Below are positions 41,931 to 50,474 of a stretch of DNA of 64,000 nt, piece by piece (position 1 is the stretch's first letter; each line of letters begins with the position of its first letter). The position numbers and the translations under genes were made by a program. Origin of the DNA: Clostridia bacterium (lineage in GTDB: Bacteria > Bacillota > Clostridia > UMGS1883); contig JBJDXJ010000063.1 of the NCBI GenBank assembly GCA_051866635.1, positions 1 to 64,000 on the forward strand. The letters are read 5' to 3'. The notes beneath the pieces were generated by a model. The model did no database searches and was not told where the DNA came from. It saw nothing but the letters and a program-made list of their open reading frames with translations.

Positions 41931-43985
41931 TTAATTTCCAAACAAATCCGATTGTGTAAATATTCTCTGTGCCAAAATAATAGCCTGTTCTCTTGTTGCA
42001 CTTGCATAACCTGATGCTTCTTGTTGAGAAGTTGTGTTTTTAGGTGCAAAATGAGTATCGCTTACACCTTTAATAATACCATATTTAGACATGAAGTAAA
42101 CAGATGGTTTTGCCCAAGTGGATATTTCATTATCATCAGCAAAAAGCTTAACGCCATCGGTCTGCATATAGTATTCATTATCCGTAGCCATTGTCCAATT
42201 CGGAAAACTGTATTTTTTTATAACTCTGCAAAGCATTGTTGCAAGCTGCTCTCTATTTATAAAACTCAAAGGCTCATAAGTAGTGGTTGATGTACCCTGT
42301 GCCACTTCAATCTGATATGCTTTCTTAATTGCTTTTTCGTTATCATCGTATTGTATGTCAGTAAATGTACAAGAAGGTGATTCCTCAACGCTTCTTTTTG
42401 CCAAAACTTCATAAAGTTGAACTGCAATAGCAGCGAACTCACCTCTGTTAACCTTTTTAGTCAAGTCAAAACCAATCATCACTTCCGGAATAAGATCATT
42501 TTCAAAAGCTTCTTCAATTTCAGGAGCTGCCCATGTTGATGTGGTAGAACCAAATGATGTAACAACCGTCTGTTTATTATTTCCGCTATCATCAATTTTT
42601 GCAAATTTCCAACCGCTATTTTCCTCTAAAACTGCAAGCACAGTCGCACCAGGAATTATTGCTTCGTATTCTATTGGAATTATCTCATTCCCATTTTTGT
42701 CAACAATTCCTTCGTATCCATCTTTTGATACTACGAAATAATCTTTGTTAAACAATTCTATTGAATTATACTGCATGGGTAAAATAATTTTTCCGTTTGA
42801 ATTAATTAATCCAACAGTGTAAACATCATCTTTGTACTTATTTAATTTGTATAAATCATCTGTTATCCAATCATTATTCAATAAGTCTTTTCCGCGTATT
42901 TCTCTCGGTTGCTCGATTGGCAAAACAACATTTCCAGTCATGTCAATCAAACCATAAAGCCCATCTTTTTGCACTGCAAATAAATTTTCAGAAAAAACTT
43001 CTATGCTATCATAAACTAATGGAACAATAATTTCATTATTACTGTTCATTGCACCGTGTTTATCATTATCCTCAATAAAAATCAAATTTTTATCTGAAGA
43101 ATTAATTTCTGAAATATAGTATTTACTTTCACTGATGCAATTTCCATTTAAGTCATATAAATAATCTTTTTTGTCAAATGTATAGCAATTAACTATATTG
43201 TTAGCAACAGAACCTACCCACTTATACTCAAATGGAATAATGGTATTGTTATTTGTATCAATAAGCCCCCATTGTCCAGACTTTTCTGCAGAAAATATGT
43301 TATCTTTAATGAAATTAATGCTTTCATATTCTGTTGGAATAATCACATTAGCATTATAATCGGCTATGCCGCACAATCCGTTTTGAGTTATACGAATATA
43401 TTTATCAGTATTGTACAAGGAATCTATTTCTTCGTAGTTTTCTAAAATAATGTTTCCATTGTTATCAAGAATGCGATACATACCATTTTTTCTTGCAACA
43501 ATATAATTATTACTTGTACCTAACTTATCCATCCACTCATAACCTAAAGGAATAATCCAGTTTCCATTTAAGTCCATAAGACCTTCTGCATCATTTTTTA
43601 TCACTCTAATTCTACTTCCGTTAAGAATAGCCATGTTGTCTCCCCAACTAGCATCATATTCTATCGGAATAATCACATTTCCAGAAGTATCAAGAACACC
43701 TGTAAAATCGCCATCTATTACGCATACTAAATTCTCATTCATAGTCCAAAGCCTGTCATAAATGGCAGGAATCACAATTTTACCATATTGATTAACAAGT
43801 CCAGTTTTGTCACCATCCTCAAACGAAAAAAAGTCGCTGTTTGTACTCGAAGATGAAGATACTAATGTGTAATCATATTGAGATTCGTTTGTCCAATCAA
43901 AAGTTGCTGCACTTACATTAATAGATGTAGTTGTAAGTAAAGTTACGCATATAAAGATTAATACTGTATTTAGGGTTTTTTTCAT
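41931..43985 (-). CDS. WG-repeat (beta-propeller) + SLH surface protein
   Basis: Many G(L/I)(I/V)D..GN.IIP.EY repeats; C-terminal SLH (NREQLA, TREQA). Confidence 0.88.
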   Translation of the reverse strand: MKKTLNTVLIFICVTLLTTTSINVSAATFDWTNESQYDYTLVSSSSSTNSDFFSFEDGDKTGLVNQYGKIVIPAIYDRLWTMNENLVCVIDGDFTGVLDTSGNVIIPIEYDASWGDNMAILNGSRIRVIKNDAEGLMDLNGNWIIPLGYEWMDKLGTSNNYIVARKNGMYRILDNNGNIILENYEEIDSLYNTDKYIRITQNGLCGIADYNANVIIPTEYESINFIKDNIFSAEKSGQWGLIDTNNNTIIPFEYKWVGSVANNIVNCYTFDKKDYLYDLNGNCISESKYYISEINSSDKNLIFIEDNDKHGAMNSNNEIIVPLVYDSIEVFSENLFAVQKDGLYGLIDMTGNVVLPIEQPREIRGKDLLNNDWITDDLYKLNKYKDDVYTVGLINSNGKIILPMQYNSIELFNKDYFVVSKDGYEGIVDKNGNEIIPIEYEAIIPGATVLAVLEENSGWKFAKIDDSGNNKQTVVTSFGSTTSTWAAPEIEEAFENDLIPEVMIGFDLTKKVNRGEFAAIAVQLYEVLAKRSVEESPSCTFTDIQYDDNEKAIKKAYQIEVAQGTSTTTYEPLSFINREQLATMLCRVIKKYSFPNWTMATDNEYYMQTDGVKLFADDNEISTWAKPSVYFMSKYGIIKGVSDTHFAPKNTTSQQEASGYASATREQAIILAQRIFTQSDLFGN

Positions 43986-44660
43986 ATAAAATTCCTCTCG
44001 CTCTATTGTTGTATACTCAATTAGTTCCCAAACATATTGCCTTTTTCAAATATTCTTTTTGCAAGAATAATCGCCTGTTCTCTTGTTGCACTTGCATAAC
44101 CCGATGCTTCTTGTTGAGAAGTTGTATTTTTAGGTGCAAAATGAGTATCGCTTACACCTTTAATGATACCATTCTTTGACATGAAGTATACAGACGGTTT
44201 TGCCCAATCAGAGATTTCATTGTCGTCAGCAAATAATGTAGCATCATCAATATTCAAATCATATTGCGAATCTGTTGCCATTGTCCAATTAGGATAACTA
44301 TATTTTTTGATAACTCTGCAAAGCATTGTTGCAAGCTGTTCTCTATTAATATTGCTAAGCGGTTCATATGTTGTTGAAGATGTGCCTTGAGCTACTTCTA
44401 TTTGATATGCTTTCTTAATTGCTTTTTCATTGTCATCATAATGAATATCAGCAAAAGTGCAGTTCTTTGATTCTTCAACACTTCTTTTTGCCAATGTTTC
44501 ATACAACTGAACAGCAATTGCTGCAAATTCGCCTCTGTTGACTTTTTTTGTTAAGTCAAAATCGAGCATAACTTCGGGTATAAGATCGTTTTCAAAAGCC
44601 TCTTCAATTTCAGGGGCTGCCCATGTTGATACTTGAGCACCAAAAGATGTAGTTACAACT
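41950..44660 (-). repeat. Duplicated ~600-bp SLH-encoding module (about 41950-42560 and 44040-44650)
   Basis: Long identical DNA tracts (e.g. TAGGTGCAAAATGAGTATCGCTTACACCTTTAAT) and near-identical C-terminal protein sequences. Confidence 0.88.
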
Positions 44661-45457
44661 TCATTACTATTTTTATTGTCAGTTGCAAATACTATTTTAG
44701 AATTTAACACGCCATCATAAAATGGTACCGGATATAAGTGTACATAATATGTACCAGGTCCCATATGAGCAGTAATTGTGCATTTTGATGCTTCAACGCT
44801 GATACAGTCACTAAATGATGATTTATTCCCTCCTGCAATTAAGTCTTCTTCTGTATATAGCTCAGATATAAAACATCCAATATTTGATGTACGCATAGTG
44901 TATGTGTATTTAAACTGTTCATCAGGAACTACTAACTTATACCATTTGTTATCATTCATTGAACTAAACTTTACTGTGTGTTCTTCGTTCAAGCCAATTT
45001 TAGTTGCATTCTCCCAGCCGGAAATGTTATTCGCAACTGTTCTTAATCTTATCTTTAATGTTTTATTTCTTAAGCTTGCATTTTCAGAATTATTATAATC
45101 GAATTTTATATAACTCGAATCTATATTATCAATGTGAGGAACACTTATGTAGCCTGGTATAGAACTTACATTGTTTTGTGTCAGATGAACATAATTTCCT
45201 TTAGTGAATACATAATACTGCATAGCACCGCTATAATTGTCTGCTGAAACTTCAAATACGGTTGTTGTGTCTTTTTTTGAAACATCAATCTTAAAAAACA
45301 GATTTGAATCAAAATCGAATTCTGTCCATACATTTTCTGTAAGTAAAACTGCATTATTGTATTCGTTATCATTAAAACTTGATCCATTTGCCGATACAAT
45401 TAATGTCCCTAAAAGCATAATCATCATAACTATTAATGCACTTGTAATTTTTTTCAT
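44021..45457 (-). CDS. SLH surface protein with PPC/beta-sandwich-like N-terminus
   Basis: Signal peptide; NKWYK...PGTYYVHL; SLH module shared with the neighbouring gene. Confidence 0.8.
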   Translation of the reverse strand: MKKITSALIVMMIMLLGTLIVSANGSSFNDNEYNNAVLLTENVWTEFDFDSNLFFKIDVSKKDTTTVFEVSADNYSGAMQYYVFTKGNYVHLTQNNVSSIPGYISVPHIDNIDSSYIKFDYNNSENASLRNKTLKIRLRTVANNISGWENATKIGLNEEHTVKFSSMNDNKWYKLVVPDEQFKYTYTMRTSNIGCFISELYTEEDLIAGGNKSSFSDCISVEASKCTITAHMGPGTYYVHLYPVPFYDGVLNSKIVFATDNKNSNEVVTTSFGAQVSTWAAPEIEEAFENDLIPEVMLDFDLTKKVNRGEFAAIAVQLYETLAKRSVEESKNCTFADIHYDDNEKAIKKAYQIEVAQGTSSTTYEPLSNINREQLATMLCRVIKKYSYPNWTMATDSQYDLNIDDATLFADDNEISDWAKPSVYFMSKNGIIKGVSDTHFAPKNTTSQQEASGYASATREQAIILAKRIFEKGNMFGN

Positions 45458-45597
45458 TTTATTTTTCTTCCTTTCGTTTTAGATGTTTTTATTTGTCATA
45501 TTATTGTGCCATTTGAGACGTACATTTTGTGGTCCTATTTTATCTTTTAAACCGCCGCACCAGAAATTCCCCTTAAATTCCGCTAAAACTCTTTCCT

Positions 45598-47106
45598 TTA
45601 ATATGTAAGTTTGACTATTTCTGTTTTGTCATCTGCGAAGAAATTCAAATAATGACCTCGCATCCTCTCAGGTGCTTCAATTTTAAGTTCAACGGTTTTT
45701 GTGGAAAAATGACCCACGCACACATTCTTAGTTACTGTTGCAACTAAGTTTGACTGATAATCGTAAAGCTCCATAGTAACATCAACTTCTGTTTCACATT
45801 CGCCTGACTGAACTTCAACTTTGCCGATTATTTCATCGCCTTCGTCTATGCCGTCCAAATCGGTATGGCTGACAATTTTTGCAAGGTAATTAAACTCCTC
45901 ACCTTCTGTAACACCTTCCAGTGTGGGCTTGGTTTTAATAATTCTTCCGTTGTTGTCAAACTTGAATTCATCTATGCAAAGCTCACGGTGAACACCGTAA
46001 TAATCGCTTTCATCCCCTTCAAAGTGTGCCGGGAAATTAAATCTGTGATACATAACATACCACTTATCAGTATTTGGAACATTTATAATTGTATGGTGAC
46101 CTGTCCCGTAAATGCCCTTTGCCTCATCTTTTTCAATAAGGATTTCGTTACCGATAATAGGTCCTAACGGATTGTCGGAATAACCCCATCTTACATGGTA
46201 GTTTTTATTTCTTGTATCATCCTCTGCCCATGTAAAATAATATACGCCCTTACGGTAGAAAATGTGGGCACCTTCACGGAAGTTGGGAGGTGTAATACAC
46301 AAAGGTTCGCCCTTTAAACTTATCATATCGCTTCCAAGCTCACAAACCCACATGCTTCCGTTACCCCAATAAAGGTAACTTCTGCCCGTTTCAGGGTCGG
46401 TAAACACTGCCGGGTCAATAACCTGACCGGGGTAGTGCATTTCCTTTTCCTCTCCGTCCTCCAATGTAATTTTCATTGTATCATATACAATGGGGTGACC
46501 CAAGGGGTCAACATATTTTCCTGTAGGTGTATCACATACACTAACGCCCACAGCCTTTCCCACATTGCGTTCAAACTTGTCTGTATTTGCACTGTAATAG
46601 TAATAATATTTTCCGTTTTTCTTAATAATACAAGGTGCCCATGCGTTGCCATCAGACCATGAAACGTCCTTTTTAAGGTCTAAAATAACACCTTCGTCTG
46701 TCCAATTGACCAAATCGGGGGAAGAAAATGCCTTGAAATAGTATCCGCCCCAGCCGTCAAAGCCGTCACTTGTGGGGTACACATAATATTTTCCGTCAAA
46801 AACATCAGCCTCGGCATCGGCAAAATAGCCGTACTCACCTACGATGGAATTTCCCCATTCCAACATGGCAACTGTCCATTCTTCGCTTTCACCGTTTTTT
46901 GTAAAAAGGTACTTTACAGTATTATCCTTTTCCACATGGCCTTTCTTTTCCCAGTTCACGCCCTCTTCCGCATCGAAAAAGAGCTCCACATTGTCCAATG
47001 CTGTACCTGGCACAACAGGCACAACAATATAGTTCTGGCTTGAATCTATAATTGCGTTATACTTCTTTACCTTATCGCCGTAAACGGAATTAATTTTTAT
47101 AGCCAT
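45598..47106 (-). CDS. GH43 glycoside hydrolase with extra flanking domains
   Basis: YVYPTSDG, SSPDLVNW, AWAP, IDPAVF, FREG, GTGHH. Confidence 0.88.
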   Translation of the reverse strand: MAIKINSVYGDKVKKYNAIIDSSQNYIVVPVVPGTALDNVELFFDAEEGVNWEKKGHVEKDNTVKYLFTKNGESEEWTVAMLEWGNSIVGEYGYFADAEADVFDGKYYVYPTSDGFDGWGGYYFKAFSSPDLVNWTDEGVILDLKKDVSWSDGNAWAPCIIKKNGKYYYYYSANTDKFERNVGKAVGVSVCDTPTGKYVDPLGHPIVYDTMKITLEDGEEKEMHYPGQVIDPAVFTDPETGRSYLYWGNGSMWVCELGSDMISLKGEPLCITPPNFREGAHIFYRKGVYYFTWAEDDTRNKNYHVRWGYSDNPLGPIIGNEILIEKDEAKGIYGTGHHTIINVPNTDKWYVMYHRFNFPAHFEGDESDYYGVHRELCIDEFKFDNNGRIIKTKPTLEGVTEGEEFNYLAKIVSHTDLDGIDEGDEIIGKVEVQSGECETEVDVTMELYDYQSNLVATVTKNVCVGHFSTKTVELKIEAPERMRGHYLNFFADDKTEIVKLTY

Positions 47107-47116
47107 AGCTTACTCC

Positions 47117-47554
47117 TTATTTACACAAATCGGCAACCACCTGATTTATAACACTGCCGTCAGCCTTGCCCTTAAGGGTACCCATAACATTTTTCATAAT
47201 CATACCCTTGTTCTTTGTGGCAACAACCTCACTAAAATCCTTAAGAAGGATTTCTTTTACCTCCTCTGCACTAAGAAGCTTAGGTGCATACTTGGCTATA
47301 ACATCATATGTTGCCTGATACTGTTCTTTTAAGTCGCTTCTTGATTCGGGGCATGTGTCAATCTGTTCCTTTATTGTTTTAAGTTCCTTCAAAATAACCT
47401 TATCGCAAAGTTCAGGTGTAATATTGTCCCTTACGCCTTCATCTATCGCAACCTTTTTAATTGCGGCAATAAGGCTTGAAATTGCGTCTTTCGTTGTCTT
47501 ATCGTGGGCTTTCATTGCCAAAATCATATCCTGCTGAAGTGCTTTAAATTCCAT
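47117..47554 (-). CDS. GatB/YqeY domain protein
   Basis: DMILAMKAHDK...P..LS.EEV...GMIMK.VM..LKGKADG..IN..V. Confidence 0.9.
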   Translation of the reverse strand: MEFKALQQDMILAMKAHDKTTKDAISSLIAAIKKVAIDEGVRDNITPELCDKVILKELKTIKEQIDTCPESRSDLKEQYQATYDVIAKYAPKLLSAEEVKEILLKDFSEVVATKNKGMIMKNVMGTLKGKADGSVINQVVADLCK

Positions 47555-47661
47555 TTTTATACTCCCTTTCAAAATATTATTATTGGTATTATATCACTTT
47601 CCCATTCTACAGTCAACGAATTTTGCATATGTATAAATCGTAAAAAAAATCCCCTAAAGTA

Positions 47662-47690
47662 TTGACATATACATACAGATGGGTTATAAT
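47662..47690 (+). promoter_or_regulatory. Sigma-A promoter of mntP
   Basis: TTGACA, 17-nt spacer, TATAAT. Confidence 0.85.
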
Positions 47691-47697
47691 TTCCCTC

Positions 47698-47783
47698 TGT
47701 GAGGGAGTAGCAAGCGTACTTTTACGTAGCAAGTCAACATACTGGGCTGACGCTCTGGCTTGTTTTAAATTGCGAGACTCATG
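47698..47783 (+). ncRNA. yybP-ykoY manganese riboswitch
   Basis: GAGGGAGTAGC...GTCAACAT...GCGAGACTC signature between the promoter and mntP. Confidence 0.85.
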
Positions 47784-47827
47784 TGTAACTGTGAAGCTAT
47801 GCATGGAGTCTGTCCTTTTGTAAGTCA

Positions 47828-47860
47828 CCAAGCATGGTTTTCACCGTGCTTGTTTTTTTT
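47828..47860 (+). terminator. Riboswitch-controlled leader terminator
   Basis: CAAGCATGG-ttttca-CCGTGCTTG followed by a T8 run before the mntP RBS. Confidence 0.8.
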
Positions 47861-47885
47861 CATTTAGATACTGGAGGAAATAGAG

Positions 47886-48467
47886 ATGAATTTTGGATTT
47901 GCATTAATTATCAACAGCGTACTTTTAGGCATAGGACTTGCAATGGATGCCTTTTCGGTATCTCTCGCAAACGGACTTAACGAACCTATGATGCGTAAGC
48001 GTAAAATGTGTGCCATTGCGGGCACCTTCGGTTTTTTTCAGGCGTTGATGCCTATGATAGGTTGGTTCTGTATCCATACCATAGTCCAATATTTTCAGAC
48101 CTTTGAAAAGTTTATTCCATGGATTGCACTTATACTTTTAGGTTATATAGGCACAAGTATGCTTTATGAGGGCATAAAGGGCGATGAAGCGTGCGAAAAG
48201 CCAAGAGTAGGCATCTTAGCCCTTCTTGTACAGGGCATCGCAACAAGCATTGACGCTCTTTCCGTAGGCTTTACAATTGCCGATTATGATTTGTTTTCTG
48301 CACTTTTTGCATCACTTATTATTGCCCTTGTCACCTTCATAATATGTATGGTAGGTCTCTTAATAGGAAGAAAAATGGGTACCTGTCTTGCAAATAAGGC
48401 AAGCATTTTAGGCGGTGTAATTCTAATCTTTATAGGTATTGAAATATTCATATCGAATATATTCTGA
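47886..48467 (+). CDS. mntP: Manganese efflux pump
   Basis: GLAMDAFSVS, FQALMP, ATSIDAL; Mn riboswitch upstream. Confidence 0.95.
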   Translation: MNFGFALIINSVLLGIGLAMDAFSVSLANGLNEPMMRKRKMCAIAGTFGFFQALMPMIGWFCIHTIVQYFQTFEKFIPWIALILLGYIGTSMLYEGIKGDEACEKPRVGILALLVQGIATSIDALSVGFTIADYDLFSALFASLIIALVTFIICMVGLLIGRKMGTCLANKASILGGVILIFIGIEIFISNIF

Positions 48468-48480
48468 TAACGAGAAAAAT

Positions 48481-48643
48481 GGGCTGTAAAAAAGTCAACA
48501 CTGAGATAACAAAAAGACCATTTCGGGACTGTCCCAACAAAACCTCGCAAGGTTTCTTTGGCAAATTGTCTCCCAATTTGCCATAAGGGGGACTGTCCCA
48601 AATGGTCTTAATTTATTTCTTTAGAGACTTTTTTTACAGCCTC
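48481..48643. mobile_element. MITE-like structured repeat, copy 3
   Basis: GGGCTGTAAAAAAGTC ... GACTTTTTTTACAGCCTC; core 48506-48604 identical to copy 1. Confidence 0.8.
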
Positions 48644-48687
48644 TTTTTGTGTAAAGTATTTACGAGACAGATGATATATTAGAAATT

Positions 48688-48723
48688 AAAAAGGTTACGG
48701 TTTTGATTTTCCGTAACCTTTTT
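48688..48723 (-). terminator. Terminator closing the TIR/SPFH block
   Basis: AAAAAGGTTACGG...CCGTAACCTTTTT. Confidence 0.8.
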
Positions 48724-48726
48724 AAA

Positions 48727-48900
48727 TTACTGTGCAGGTTTTACTGCATTTGCTCCACATGAAGGGCAAAGATTATCTGCTCTATACACCTTATCAGGAT
48801 ATTTCTTTGCTCTTAAACAATGAATGCACCATGTAGAACCACACTTACTACAGCGGAACATATTTGCTCCCGAAGTTTTACATAAAGGACAATATGCCAT
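48727..48900 (-). CDS. Small zinc-finger protein (57 aa, 4 CxxC pairs)
   Basis: GAGGTG RBS; CPLC, CSKC, CIHC, CPSC; terminator follows immediately. Confidence 0.75.
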   Translation of the reverse strand: MAYCPLCKTSGANMFRCSKCGSTWCIHCLRAKKYPDKVYRADNLCPSCGANAVKPAQ

Positions 48901-49024
48901 AAAAATCACCTCTTGCATTTTATTATTATAACGCTGATAACAGTAATTATTTTAACATTGGCATTTTTTCTGCAACAATATCACTAAAATATTTCGCTAC
49001 AACATCTTTCTGTTATTATTTTTA

Positions 49025-49582
49025 TTATCTCGTTTCTACAATTTCTAACGAAAATTCACACAGTGCAGCATTGAGCTGCGTTTCTAATTATTCTGCTTCG
49101 GCTTGTGTAAAATCACCATTTATCGTGCATGAATCAGTATTTATTTCTTGCGTAATATGCGGAGCAAAAATGACGTTATCATCTATCGTAATCTGAATAT
49201 AATTATTGGGGATTGATATTTGCGAAACTTCGTATGTGGCTTGTTTGAATTTGTCTTGTCCTTGTTTTGTGAAATTCAATTTGATGTAATAACTATCGCT
49301 TTCATCTTGTCCTGCACTTACCGCACTTATATCATTTCCTGTTAGCAGAATATTATTTTTATAATCCGTAAATTTAAGAGCCTTATCGGAAAAATTCAAC
49401 ATTTCCGCCATCTGTGTAATATTGTCCTGCATGGGTAATGTAACTTCAATTTTATCATCACCTTTTATTTCTGTCTTCGCATTGACAAATCCTAAGTTTT
49501 TCAGATAATCCATATGTTTTTCTTTCGCTGTTTGTATATCATTTTGGGGATTGTCGGAATGCAACTTATAAACAATAGTAGT
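49025..49582 (-). pseudogene. SecD P1-head-like domain, in frame with the upstream lipoprotein but bounded/interrupted by TGA (49585) and TAA (49090)
   Basis: KIEVTLP, LKFTD...LLTGNDI, IKLNF...G..KF..AT, IDD....P.I...I....TING.FT..EAE*LETQLNAALCEFSLEIVE; no convincing start or RBS of its own. Confidence 0.7.
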
Positions 49583-50398
49583 TCATGGTTTAGTTTTCGT
49601 ATTTTGTAACAATTCCTTTTTGACATCTTCCAAACTATTATAAGTTCCAACCTCTTTTAAATCACTATCAACGACAGCCCAAACCGTTTTTGATACATAA
49701 GGCGGTCCATATATTGCCGCTATTCTTGATAATGTATTTTGGTCTAAACTTGACCTTACAATATCATAGTGACTCTCTGCCCATAACGAACTCCAATTAT
49801 AAACCATTTCAGAAGATTGCGTTGTATAATATATAGGTACTGCATTGTTTTCTTCAAAAAGAACAGTAACATCATTATTGGATTCTATGTTGGGAAAAAT
49901 TTTCATAGTTGAATTGCTTATAATATTTTTGGCTTTTTCAGTTGATATAATTCCGTTTGTTCCTGTTATTTCACGCAAATATTCTTCTGCATATTCTTTG
50001 TTTTCAAGGGCATTTACACCATATTGTTCTATGTATTTTTTAAATATAGCAATACTTTTAATGTTTGTATCTTTGTCACTATTCCATATTTCCTGCTGGA
50101 CAACATTAAGGGGTGTATATCCAAATATCGGAACGACAAGTTTTTTTGTTTCTGAATTTACAATAACAAAACCATAACAATCATCGATGTTTACTAAAAC
50201 TAATTTATTGTTATCGCTTCTATCTAAGCCTTGTGTATCATTTTTCAAATCAAGAATTGTCTCAATTTTACTTGATTCAAACTCATAACCATTCTCGTTG
50301 AGTATTTCTCTCAATCTTCTGTCAGACAGGTTATTTCCGCAAGCAGATAAACAAATAACTGTTAAAATTGCCGTCAGATACATTACAATTTTTTTCAT
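49583..50398 (-). CDS. Lipoprotein of unknown function
   Basis: GGAGGG RBS; MKKIVMYLTAILTVICLSA-C lipobox. Confidence 0.8.
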   Translation of the reverse strand: MKKIVMYLTAILTVICLSACGNNLSDRRLREILNENGYEFESSKIETILDLKNDTQGLDRSDNNKLVLVNIDDCYGFVIVNSETKKLVVPIFGYTPLNVVQQEIWNSDKDTNIKSIAIFKKYIEQYGVNALENKEYAEEYLREITGTNGIISTEKAKNIISNSTMKIFPNIESNNDVTVLFEENNAVPIYYTTQSSEMVYNWSSLWAESHYDIVRSSLDQNTLSRIAAIYGPPYVSKTVWAVVDSDLKEVGTYNSLEDVKKELLQNTKTKP

Positions 50399-50474
50399 TT
50401 CATTTTCCCTCCAATTTTCATACTTTGAAAAATATATCTGTGTGTATAACCGATTATTATCTTTATAAATCAAA

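Noticed and set aside
47613-47831. 72-aa minus-strand ORF
   Set aside because: Antisense to the mntP promoter and riboswitch
48284-48601. 105-aa minus-strand ORF MGQSPLWQ...
   Set aside because: It is the antisense reading of repeat copy 3 plus mntP, with no independent coding evidence
49025-49585. Alternative genetic code (stop-codon reassignment)
   Set aside because: TGA and TAA terminate conserved genes at their expected ends elsewhere in the window (e.g. dxs, msrA, icd)
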